Of a DNA stretch of 64,000 nucleotides, positions 7,389 to 17,225 are shown in pieces. Made by a program: the position numbers and the translations under genes. Position 1 is the stretch's first letter. The number at the start of each line of letters is the position of its first letter. Under the pieces are notes generated by a model, which was not told the DNA's origin, did no database searches, and saw nothing but the letters and a program-made list of their open reading frames with translations. Source of the stretch: Promethearchaeota archaeon (GTDB lineage: Archaea > Asgardarchaeota > Lokiarchaeia > Sigyniarchaeales > SOKP01); assembly GCA_019058445.1 (NCBI GenBank), contig JAHPZA010000006.1, positions 512,001 to 576,000 of the forward strand, given 5' to 3'.

Positions 7389-10355
7389 ATGATTAGAGAT
7401 ATAGATTCCAAAATTCAAAAAATTAAAGATTTTATAAATCGAAATCATTTCAATAATGCTATACGAGATTGTTTATCTATAATTGAGGAACTTCTTAAAA
7501 ATTTATATAAGGATATAAATCTTGATTTAAACTTAGATGAAAGGCAAAAAGCGTTAGATTATGAAAAGGAGAAAAAAAAACAATATCATAAAATGACGAT
7601 TGGAGAATTAATTGGGCTATTTAGAGTAACTGATCTTTTTAAAGCAATTAGTAAAAAATGCAGTACTGAATTTAAATATTTTACACATCAACTCTTATCC
7701 CAGCTTAATGATGTAAGAATTTCGTGTACTCACGATGATTATGCCAGCTCTTTTCATGAAGCAAACTATATTTATTCAACTTTAAGATTGATTTTAGACG
7801 AATTAAATATTTATAAAGGAGTTAAACCTGAAAAAATCTCAATGGATATTCCTAAAGGTGTAGTATCAGAACGTTTTTATAAAGAATTTAAAGAAGAATT
7901 TGATCTTTTATCTTCAAAGGTTGAGATTATTCCGGATAGAATACTTAAAGAATTATCATTTCAAAAACAATCTTTCAAAAATATATCTGATTCGTTTGAA
8001 ATGAATGAATCTATTATGGATACTGAAACTATAAACATTACTAAAGAATTCAATTTAATAAAATTTAAAAAACTAGAAATTTTAAGATTGACAAATTTCA
8101 AAAATGCATATTTTGAATCAAAAAACTTTGAATTAATTAAAAAATTTGAAGATTCACTAATTCTAAACAAGTTTAATGAAGCTAAAGCTACATTAGAGCA
8201 AAATCTTGACAAATTTAATGAATTAGAACAAATAATCTTAAAAGATATTCTATGCACATATAAAGAAGATTATAAAGTCTCAATTGAGCATACAAACAAT
8301 CTGATTGAAAAACTGCCTGAAGCATATTTAGGTTATTTATTTCAATCAAATACTTATTTTGAAATGAAAAATTATAAGAAAGCTATAGAAATCATAAATA
8401 AGATATTGACTGAAAATCCCGACATTGTTCTAATCTTGTTGTGCAAGAGCTTAATTTTAAAAGCCCAAGAGAAATATATTGAAGCTCTTAATACAATAGA
8501 AAAAGCAATAGAATTGAAAAGAGACAGTTATGAATTATTATGTCATAAAGCAATCATTTTAAATCATATGAAAGAATATGAGGAAGCTTCTAAAATTTTG
8601 AACAAAATTATCGAGAGTAATAGCGGTGATATTAATTATGGGTGGATTTATAAAATTTTAACTCGTTCTTATTTTGAGCTTAAATCATTTAATAAAGCCA
8701 TAGAATCCATTGAAAAAGTAATTGAATTTGAGCCAGAAGATTCATGGTCTTATTCAATAAAATCGTACATTTTAAATGAGATCAATAGAAAAGAGGAAGC
8801 CTTAGAGGAAATTGAAAAAGCAATTAACATTGAACCAAATATTTCCCGCTATTATATAAATAAAGTAATTTTATTATATGAAATGAATAAAAATGAAGAA
8901 GCCTTAGAATCGATAAAAAAAGCAATCAAGATTGAGCAAGATAATACCTTTTTGTATTATTTATTAGCCAGGATTTTATTGAGACTTAAGAAAAATGAAG
9001 AGGCCTTAGAATTAATTGAAAAGGCAATCGAAATGGAGCCAGACAATTCCCTTTACTATATAAAAGCACAAACTTTAATAAAATTGAATAGAAATGATGA
9101 AGCTTTAGAAATAATTGAAAAAACAATAGATCTAAATCCTGAAATATCCATTAATTTTTCAATAAAAGCACAAATTTTATCGAAACTTAATAAAAATGAA
9201 GAAGCCTTAAAAATAATCGAAAAAGCAATTGAGATGGACCCTACAGTGCCCTTTTATTATGATACTAAATCAGAAATTTTAATTAAAATGAATAGAAATG
9301 AAGCAGCGTTAGAAGCTATTGAAAAAGCAATTGACATGGACCCTACAGTGCCCTATTATTATGATATTAAATCAGAAATACTAATTAAAATGAATAGAAA
9401 TGAAGCAGCGTTAAAAACTATTGAAAAGGCAATCGAAATGGAGCCTAAAGATTTCTTTTTTCAATATAGAAAATCAGAAGTGTTAATGGAAATGAATAGA
9501 AATGAAGCAGCATTAGAAACTATTGAAAAAGTAATAGAGCTTCAACCAACAGATTCCTTTATATATCTCAGGAAATCAATTATTTTATCATTACTAAATT
9601 TAAACGAGACAGCATTAAAAACAATTGAAAAGGCCATCGAGATAGACCCAAAAACTTCCCTATATTATCTCAGGAAATCAAATCTTTTATCAAAACTAAA
9701 TAAAGGCGAAGGAGCATTAAAAACAATTGAAAAGGCCATCGAAATAGACCCAAAGGATCCCTTATATTATTCTGCTAAGGTTGTTATATTATTAGAACTG
9801 AATAGGAATGAATTGGCTTTGGAAACGATAAAAAAAGCAATAAAGATAAAACCTGAAGATTCCTTAAATTATTTAATTAAAGCAGAAATTTTGAGTAGGT
9901 TAAAAAGATATGAGGAAGAATTAATAGCAATTAATAAAGCTTCAGAACTGGATGCCGATGATCCAGATATTGTGAACCAAAAAGCTTATGCTTTGACAAG
10001 GCTCAAAAGAAAAGGTGAAGCTATTGAATTAGTAAAGAAACTAATTGAACATCATCCCGAAAATGGAGAATACTATGATTCATACGGAGAGATTTTAATG
10101 AAGTTTAATGAATATAATAAAGCAATTAAAACGTTTGAAAAAGCTATTTTAAAATCAGGAGAAGATTCACTTTATTTGAAAGAAACCTTGATCAAAATGG
10201 GTAGATGTTATGAACGATTAGGCAAATTTGAGGACGCTATAAAAAACATCAAAATTGGAAGAATTCTTGCTAAAATAGAAGATGATATAGAATGGACTGA
10301 AAAAGCAGATAAATATCTTTTAAAGGTTAATCAAATAGGAGATATTAAAAATTAA
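7389..10355 (+). CDS. TPR-repeat protein with N-terminal HEPN-like domain
   Basis: N-terminal helical domain with RxxxxH (LNDVRISCTH), followed by about 19 34-aa TPRs (EEAL..IEKAIE.EP). Confidence 0.75.
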   Translation: MIRDIDSKIQKIKDFINRNHFNNAIRDCLSIIEELLKNLYKDINLDLNLDERQKALDYEKEKKKQYHKMTIGELIGLFRVTDLFKAISKKCSTEFKYFTHQLLSQLNDVRISCTHDDYASSFHEANYIYSTLRLILDELNIYKGVKPEKISMDIPKGVVSERFYKEFKEEFDLLSSKVEIIPDRILKELSFQKQSFKNISDSFEMNESIMDTETINITKEFNLIKFKKLEILRLTNFKNAYFESKNFELIKKFEDSLILNKFNEAKATLEQNLDKFNELEQIILKDILCTYKEDYKVSIEHTNNLIEKLPEAYLGYLFQSNTYFEMKNYKKAIEIINKILTENPDIVLILLCKSLILKAQEKYIEALNTIEKAIELKRDSYELLCHKAIILNHMKEYEEASKILNKIIESNSGDINYGWIYKILTRSYFELKSFNKAIESIEKVIEFEPEDSWSYSIKSYILNEINRKEEALEEIEKAINIEPNISRYYINKVILLYEMNKNEEALESIKKAIKIEQDNTFLYYLLARILLRLKKNEEALELIEKAIEMEPDNSLYYIKAQTLIKLNRNDEALEIIEKTIDLNPEISINFSIKAQILSKLNKNEEALKIIEKAIEMDPTVPFYYDTKSEILIKMNRNEAALEAIEKAIDMDPTVPYYYDIKSEILIKMNRNEAALKTIEKAIEMEPKDFFFQYRKSEVLMEMNRNEAALETIEKVIELQPTDSFIYLRKSIILSLLNLNETALKTIEKAIEIDPKTSLYYLRKSNLLSKLNKGEGALKTIEKAIEIDPKDPLYYSAKVVILLELNRNELALETIKKAIKIKPEDSLNYLIKAEILSRLKRYEEELIAINKASELDADDPDIVNQKAYALTRLKRKGEAIELVKKLIEHHPENGEYYDSYGEILMKFNEYNKAIKTFEKAILKSGEDSLYLKETLIKMGRCYERLGKFEDAIKNIKIGRILAKIEDDIEWTEKADKYLLKVNQIGDIKN
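9219..9790 (+). repeat. 102-bp tandem coding repeats (recently duplicated TPR units)
   Basis: Near-identical units start at 9219 and 9321 (gaaaaagcaattga.atggaccctacagtgccc...); another close pair lies near 9611/9713. Confidence 0.85.
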
Positions 10356-10426
10356 AAAGTTTATGAGAGTTTATATAAAATAGTTAAAAATATTTTCAAC
10401 TCCATATTTCTATTAAAATGTTTAGT

Positions 10427-12367
10427 TTAGCCGAATTGCCTGTAATCTATTGTTTTAATGATATATTTTTCCCCAGTTGCACCATTATTCACTAAAGCAA
10501 ATCGATTTTCTAATTGGGTGATTAATTGTCGTTCCTCGGGGTCTTCAGTAAACAAACTATTATTGGGGTAATCCTCCCGGAAAATAATCTTTACGCTGGG
10601 TTGCGAGGGAACATCTTCAAATAATTGAGAAGGTGATTGGTCTGCAATTATAAACCCAACACCTCTGCTACGATACTCTTTTAACATTTTAGAGAATATC
10701 TTAGCCATTTGCTCTTTCATGATAAAATCGGTATCATCTGGATTTGATGTAATAGGCTTTTCTAAAATCTCATGGGCCTCGTCAATAACAACAACTTGAT
10801 TCAATTTCTCAATTTCGCGGTCTTTTGTCAGCACTCGAATCAATTGAAGAATAGCATTAACGATTAATAATTTAACAAATTTATTACACATACTTAAATC
10901 TAAAAAGATATTCTGTCCATTTATCCAATTCTTAATCCAGGTTGGTAATTCGGAAGTAATACTAAGAGTTTGTTGGATCTTTTTATCATTAAACACATTA
11001 ATTCGATTTTTTAACGCCTGTAAAAAATTGCCCTGCAGATCTTTACCATAGGGATTTTTTCTTATATAGCTCTCAACGCTTTTTAAAATCGTAAGGAAAT
11101 ATGAGGGCATTTTGCCTTGAGTAGTCATAATTGCTTTAGCAGAACTATAGAAAATTTTTTCAAACACATTTTTTAGTCCTAATGAGGCACATAAATAAGT
11201 TGCCAGTTCTTGTAAGTGCTTATCTAATTGCGCACTTTCCCCTTTCACAAAATATGGGATGTTAAAATCTTTATCAGAGAAGCTAATGTGAAGAAAATTA
11301 TTATAATAAATGTTTTGAGATTCTTTTGCAACATTGAGCACTAAAACTCCAATACTATCCGCCTTTTGATTCAATTCTTCAATTAATTGAGCGAGTAGAT
11401 ACGTTTTTCCCGTTCCAGATTTTCCAAAAATTACCATATTTTGAGTTAGTTTGTTAATAGGAACGTAAGTAATATGGTCAGAAACAATCCCATTTTTTAC
11501 ATGAAATCCTATGCTTAAGGAGTTTTTTTTAAAATCTTCATTTATATCAGCATATCGCACAATTTCATCTTTTAATATGGGTAATTTAAGTAAGGGAGTA
11601 TTTTCTGGAAAGTCAAAATCAATTTTAGTTCTATCTAGCCATTTATAATTCTCATGTTCATTTTTAAAAACTGTACCTCTTAAAATATCCGAATAGTCTA
11701 TATCTGAAGGTGTTAATAAATTTGCCCGAATTCTATTCTGATTTTCAATAGCAGTGCATAAGTATTGCAATAATCCTTTTAAGTTCACTACATCATTTTC
11801 ATTTAGGTTCCTTGCTTTATATCTAATGAAAAATCTGAAGGAGAATTTAGGATGCCCAGTGTAAAGATAATCTGATCGTTCAGTTAATTTCTGCCAAATT
11901 GCATAAAGTCGTACTTCATTTCTTCTAGGGAAAAAAAAAGAAGAAATAAACCTCTCAACAATATCAATCTTATATGATAAAATTCCATCTGGAATGATGA
12001 TTTCTTCAATTTCATAATCCTCGTTTTCCTGTAGTGTCTCCATAGTAATTAAATTTGCATGCACCTTGCCGTCTAATCCTATGAATTCATATTTTAGGTT
12101 ATTTAACCAAGTATGACCGAAAACCAGCGCTTCAGTTTTAGAAGATGCCTCTGTAAAAAATTCCCATTTAATATTTTCAGAAGCAATTAATTCAAGTCCA
12201 TAGCTTTTAAATGGAATTGATCCAATTGGATCTAATAAAAATGACCGTACCTTAAGTTCCCCCTCATTATCGAAACCTGGGATATCTTCAGCTTCTTTTG
12301 GTTCAAATGGTTGAGGAACTTGCGTAATTTCAATGCGAGCTTGCCAAAATAAAGTGTCACTTTCCAT
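10427..12367 (-). CDS. HerA/FtsK-superfamily (DUF87-type) ATPase
   Basis: Walker A IFGKSGTGKT, Walker B VVIDEAH, arginine-finger region EYRSRGVGFIIADQSPSQL. Confidence 0.85.
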   Translation of the reverse strand: MESDTLFWQARIEITQVPQPFEPKEAEDIPGFDNEGELKVRSFLLDPIGSIPFKSYGLELIASENIKWEFFTEASSKTEALVFGHTWLNNLKYEFIGLDGKVHANLITMETLQENEDYEIEEIIIPDGILSYKIDIVERFISSFFFPRRNEVRLYAIWQKLTERSDYLYTGHPKFSFRFFIRYKARNLNENDVVNLKGLLQYLCTAIENQNRIRANLLTPSDIDYSDILRGTVFKNEHENYKWLDRTKIDFDFPENTPLLKLPILKDEIVRYADINEDFKKNSLSIGFHVKNGIVSDHITYVPINKLTQNMVIFGKSGTGKTYLLAQLIEELNQKADSIGVLVLNVAKESQNIYYNNFLHISFSDKDFNIPYFVKGESAQLDKHLQELATYLCASLGLKNVFEKIFYSSAKAIMTTQGKMPSYFLTILKSVESYIRKNPYGKDLQGNFLQALKNRINVFNDKKIQQTLSITSELPTWIKNWINGQNIFLDLSMCNKFVKLLIVNAILQLIRVLTKDREIEKLNQVVVIDEAHEILEKPITSNPDDTDFIMKEQMAKIFSKMLKEYRSRGVGFIIADQSPSQLFEDVPSQPSVKIIFREDYPNNSLFTEDPEERQLITQLENRFALVNNGATGEKYIIKTIDYRQFG

Positions 12368-12885
12368 GGAACATCAAATTTAGAATTAAATAACAAACAT
12401 TAATCATTTCAAAAATTCATTTTAAAAGGTGTATATTTTATAGAAATTATAAAACAAGGATTTGGTAATTTTAGTTAGTGTGCATGGTTACACTCTGATT
12501 TTATCAATATAAGTTATATATCAATACGCCCCACTGAGGATCTTCTGATAGATGTATCAAAATGATTCATTTTCTTCGAATACAAACTAACATTCTGTTA
12601 AAAATCAGAAAAAGTCCTGTCTAAACGACAAAAAATGGAATCCCACTTCTACCCCACCTAAAAATGAAAGAAAGTCAAAATAAATTCATATATATTGTAT
12701 TAAATAAAAATTTTAGAAAGAAAAAGTTCTAAACATTGAGAATATAAAAAAGCTTTTCTTTATTTGTATTTGAATTCGAAGAATAATGTTTATCTCTTAT
12801 AGGATGTCATAAAAAATTTATTCTTTGAAGTATTATTTTTCAGTACAATATATAAAAAATGAAGTTTTCTTAGGGTGTTATCATC

Positions 12886-14679
12886 ATGGATGATGAAATT
12901 AAAATAATTGAAGTAAGAATTCGTAATTATCGTTGTCTTAAATCAGTAGCTTTAAAACTTGAAGATTTAACAATATTAACTGGTCAAAATAATTCGGGTA
13001 AAACTAGTTTTATTAAAGCCATTGAATCAGCTATTGGAGTTGGGAGTCAAAGATTTACAGAGGAAGATATTTATTTAGCTCAAAATGAAAAAAGACCACC
13101 AAAAGATCGAGCAATTATTGTCGACTTGCTGATACGCCCTTGGAATAGTACAGAAAATAAAGTAATAGATGTCTTTCCTCAAGGGAGTTTTTGGTTAGCT
13201 CTTTGGGGAGATGGAACAGCTCAAGATAAAAATTTTAATGATTTCATTGGAATGAGAACTGAATATAAATGGAATCCTAGAAAAAATGATTATTCTACTA
13301 CTCGAAGTTTTTTAAATGAGTGGAAAGAGGACCTTGAAGAAATTGAGAAAGCAAAAAAAATTGAAAAAGCAGGTGCAATAAATTTTGAAATGATTGAACC
13401 TCTAGCACTTTATTTAATGGATGAAAAAAGAGATATCATAGATGAGTTTAGTAAAAAAACATCTTTTTGGTATAAATTGATTTCAAATCCTGGTTTAAAT
13501 GAAGATCAGATAAAAGATTTCGAAAAAGCATTAAATAATCTTAATCTAAATATAATCAAGGGAAGTTCAGTTTTAAAACATATTTTAGACCATTTAAATG
13601 AATTATATCCAATTGTATCTCATGAATTTGGTAAACCCGAAATATTTCCAATTCCTAGACAATTAGATGATTTGAGTAAAGGAATTGATATCGGAATTTC
13701 AATGAAAAATTCCCAAACATTCTCCCTAACTCGATATGGAATGGGGACTCGAAGTTTGGCAACTATAGTATTATTTAAGGCATATATTACCTTAAAACAA
13801 AAAGAGATGAAGAATAATAAAATGCATCCAATGCTCGCTATTGAAGAACCTGAAAATCATCTGCATCCTCAAGCTCAGAGATCAATATTTGAATTAATTA
13901 AAAAAATTCAAGGTCAAATAATACTTACAACACATTCACCATATATTATTGAATGTGCTAGAATTCAGCAGATTCGTCATTTCCAAAAGATAGACTCAGA
14001 TGTCCAGATTTCTCAAATGAATGTGGAAGATCTCTCAGAAGATGATCTAAGAAAAATAAATTATATGGTGTTAAAAACCAGAGGCTATATGTTTTACGCT
14101 CGAGTATTGATTCTTGCAGAGGGAGAAACCGATGAGAGAGGATTACCTACATTTGCTGAGGAATATTGGGGTAAACGCCTGAGTAATTTAGGTATGGAGT
14201 TTATTGGAGTAGGTGGTGATGGTAATTATCTCCCATTTTTAAGGCTTGCTCAAAGTTTTGGTATTCGATGGTATATTTTTTCTGATGGAGAACCTGAAGC
14301 AATTAATAATGTTAATAGGGCACTTACTAAATTGAATGAAGATATTATTCCCAATAATCCTAATGTATTTGTTTTGCCTAATAATGAAAACTATGAATCC
14401 TATTTAATAAAGTCTGATTATGAAAAGGAGCTTATAGAGATGTATATCAATTTAAAAGGAGAGCAAGCAGAACATAAGAACGCTTTAAAAGATGATTTTG
14501 ACAATAATAGAAAAACATTAGATGATATTCTTCAATATGCTAAGGATAATAAAATTAAGTGTGCAATACCATTAGCTAAAGCAATTTTACATAATACTGA
14601 TGAGAATCTAAGATTTCCTGAAAAAATTCGGTTGCTTTTCGAAAAAATAAGTATTGATTTTAAATTAAAAAAAAAATAA
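12886..14679 (+). CDS. gajA: OLD-family ATP-dependent nuclease (ABC ATPase + TOPRIM), Gabija GajA-like
   Basis: IRNYRCL, GQNNSGKT, GMGTRSL, IEEPENHLHPQAQR, TTHSPY, and TOPRIM VLILAEGETD...SDGE; 12 bp upstream of a UvrD gene. Confidence 0.85.
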   Translation: MDDEIKIIEVRIRNYRCLKSVALKLEDLTILTGQNNSGKTSFIKAIESAIGVGSQRFTEEDIYLAQNEKRPPKDRAIIVDLLIRPWNSTENKVIDVFPQGSFWLALWGDGTAQDKNFNDFIGMRTEYKWNPRKNDYSTTRSFLNEWKEDLEEIEKAKKIEKAGAINFEMIEPLALYLMDEKRDIIDEFSKKTSFWYKLISNPGLNEDQIKDFEKALNNLNLNIIKGSSVLKHILDHLNELYPIVSHEFGKPEIFPIPRQLDDLSKGIDIGISMKNSQTFSLTRYGMGTRSLATIVLFKAYITLKQKEMKNNKMHPMLAIEEPENHLHPQAQRSIFELIKKIQGQIILTTHSPYIIECARIQQIRHFQKIDSDVQISQMNVEDLSEDDLRKINYMVLKTRGYMFYARVLILAEGETDERGLPTFAEEYWGKRLSNLGMEFIGVGGDGNYLPFLRLAQSFGIRWYIFSDGEPEAINNVNRALTKLNEDIIPNNPNVFVLPNNENYESYLIKSDYEKELIEMYINLKGEQAEHKNALKDDFDNNRKTLDDILQYAKDNKIKCAIPLAKAILHNTDENLRFPEKIRLLFEKISIDFKLKKK

Positions 14680-14691
14680 TATTATAAATTT

Positions 14692-16548
14692 ATGACAATT
14701 AAACCCACATTAATTCAAAAAAAAATAATTCAACATGGGGATGGAGCTTTATTAGTCCTTGCAGGACCAGGTTCAGGTAAAACTTTTGTTGTTACAGAAC
14801 GTATACGCCGTTTATTAATGGAATCTAAGGGAAATTTTCGAATACTAGCTTTAACTTTTACAAATAAAGCGGCTAATGAAATGAAAGAACGATTAGCTGA
14901 ATTTCCAAGAATAAATAAGAAAGCATTTATTGGTACGCTCCATAGTTTTTGCTTAGAAGTTCTTGCAAATAGAGGTAATTCAGAAGGATTCAATGGTCTT
15001 CCCATCATTTTTGAATTAATTGAAGATCGTAGAAAGATTTTATCTCAGGCAATTAGAGAAGTTCCAATTTTAGATAACGAATTCAAGCAATTAGAAACCT
15101 CAAAACAAAAACTCAATTTCCTTGATCACTGGCTCGAAGAGATTAGAATTGCTAAAATTAAACTAAAAACACCAGAATTGATAGATGAGTTAACACTAAG
15201 AAATATTTTTGAATCTTATAATGCTTATCTCCGGATTTCAAATGCTGTAGATTTCGATGATTTACTCCTATATACGTACCAAATATTTGAAAAACAGCCA
15301 AAAATTGCAGACTTCTATCGTCGACAGTATCGTTATATTTGTATAGATGAAGCCCAGGATTTAAATGAAGCTCAATATCGAGTAATTACTGCATTATGTG
15401 GTAATTCGTACAAAAATGTTATGATGGTCGGAGATCCAAATCAAGCCATTTTCGAGTGGTATGGTGCGAGTCCAAAATATTTAGAACAATTTAAAGAAGA
15501 TTTTGATGCTAAAGTGATTAATATTGAAGAAAACTTTCGAAGTTCGAGATCAGTCATAGTTGCTGCAAATAAATTAAATCCGAAATATGAAACAGTTGGG
15601 GTTTACCCTATTGAGGGTGAGATAAAATTAATTATAGGTAAAAGTGAAAATCATGAAGCACAGCTTATCTTAAAAGAAATTTCAGAATTATTGGAAAAAG
15701 GTCATAAAGACATAGAAAATCTAGTAGCTCTAAATGATATTGCCATTTTAGGTCGTACTCGCTATGCTCTTTTAGAAATCCAAAATGTATTGGAAAAAGC
15801 TGGTTTAAAATACTATATTTATTTATCTTCTCAACATCAATCAGAATCAAACATTATGAAAGATTTTGAATTATGTTTGAGATTATTAGTAAATCCAATA
15901 GATCAATTGCATGGAGAGATCCTTCTCAAAAGATGGAATCTTGATTCAGACCTTTTTAACAAGAGTTTGAAGTATAAATTAAATTTCTTTAAAATATTAA
16001 ACCAAGAAGTAACTAATCAAAAACATAAAATAGTTATACATGCAATAAAAGAATTAGAATGGACGGAAGAGAATGTTCTTTTCTTAAATGCAATTAAAAT
16101 TTTTGAGGATTTTGCACCTAAATTAACCATTAATGATCGGGAACTATTAATCAATGATATTAATTTATGGAAACAACATTGGGATACTTTTTTAAGAGCA
16201 GATCATGGAGGAGCGCATAAGTTAAGCACATTTTTAAGCCAGATAGCACTGGGATGCACGCAACCAGCATGTCAAGATGGAATTGCTTTATTAACAATTC
16301 ATTCTGCGAAAGGATTGGAATTTAATGTTGTTTTTATTGTAGGGTTGGCAGAAGGTATATTTCCAGATTATCGAGTTAAAACTCGAGTAGATCATGAAGA
16401 AGAATTACGAAATGCATTTGTAGCTATTACTCGTGCAAAACGTTTACTATTTCTCTCGTTTCCTCAAAGAAAAAAAATGCCTTGGGGTGAAATTAGACCT
16501 CAAACTCCATCTAGATATTTAAAAAAGATCGGTTTTAATAAATTCTAA
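14692..16548 (+). CDS. gajB: UvrD/PcrA-like SF1 helicase, Gabija GajB-like
   Basis: AGPGSGKT, LTFTNKAA, IDEAQD, VGDPNQAIF, ENFRSS, TIHSAKGLEF, FVAITRAK; operonic with the OLD nuclease. Confidence 0.85.
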   Translation: MTIKPTLIQKKIIQHGDGALLVLAGPGSGKTFVVTERIRRLLMESKGNFRILALTFTNKAANEMKERLAEFPRINKKAFIGTLHSFCLEVLANRGNSEGFNGLPIIFELIEDRRKILSQAIREVPILDNEFKQLETSKQKLNFLDHWLEEIRIAKIKLKTPELIDELTLRNIFESYNAYLRISNAVDFDDLLLYTYQIFEKQPKIADFYRRQYRYICIDEAQDLNEAQYRVITALCGNSYKNVMMVGDPNQAIFEWYGASPKYLEQFKEDFDAKVINIEENFRSSRSVIVAANKLNPKYETVGVYPIEGEIKLIIGKSENHEAQLILKEISELLEKGHKDIENLVALNDIAILGRTRYALLEIQNVLEKAGLKYYIYLSSQHQSESNIMKDFELCLRLLVNPIDQLHGEILLKRWNLDSDLFNKSLKYKLNFFKILNQEVTNQKHKIVIHAIKELEWTEENVLFLNAIKIFEDFAPKLTINDRELLINDINLWKQHWDTFLRADHGGAHKLSTFLSQIALGCTQPACQDGIALLTIHSAKGLEFNVVFIVGLAEGIFPDYRVKTRVDHEEELRNAFVAITRAKRLLFLSFPQRKKMPWGEIRPQTPSRYLKKIGFNKF

Positions 16549-17225
16549 TAATTTTCTAAATTTACTATTACTTTTCCATAATATACCTTTCAAACTTCTC
16601 GAATTCGTCTAAGATTTTCTATTCTTACAAGGTTAAATCTAAGAAATTTTCTTCTAAGACAAAATACAGGAATATCATTTTTAAAAGCGATTTTATTTCG
16701 TAAAAAATCCCTTTTGTAATATGATTTTTATATTCTGAAGCTACTATTATATTTAAGCTTAGAATTGTATCAAAATTGGGTTGCATTTTTGTATTTTTAT
16801 CCTACTAAAGCCCGGATTTTGGATTGAATATTTTTGAGAATTTTTTTTTAAATATCTAAGCTCTTTTTTTTCCCCTTCTTGTATTATATATCTTGAGGCT
16901 ATGAGCATAATATATATGAATATTTGTTTCAGTCATTTTAATAATTTCTCCATATAATCATTTGCTTGATATATAATAAAAATTATAAAAAAAGGTTGTG
17001 TTCAAAAACCGAGAATTAATTTTTTAATGCTATTTTTTAAAACGTAAAAAAAAGTAGATTACAACCTTGTTTGTAATTTAGTTCCAATAAGCTTTTTTTC
17101 TTAATCTTTAAAATATACCTTTAACATTTATTTACTCTTTATTCTTCATTTCTTCCCATTAATTTTTAAAGATAAAAGAGGGATCAGGGAAAAAATAATT
17201 TAGATCATCCTTTTCTATGAATATT

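Noticed and set aside
16549-17225. Long intergenic stretches (also 12368-12885 and 19314-19863) as possible ncRNAs
   Set aside because: Very AT-rich with no convincing stems; they look like decayed coding DNA that I could not assign.
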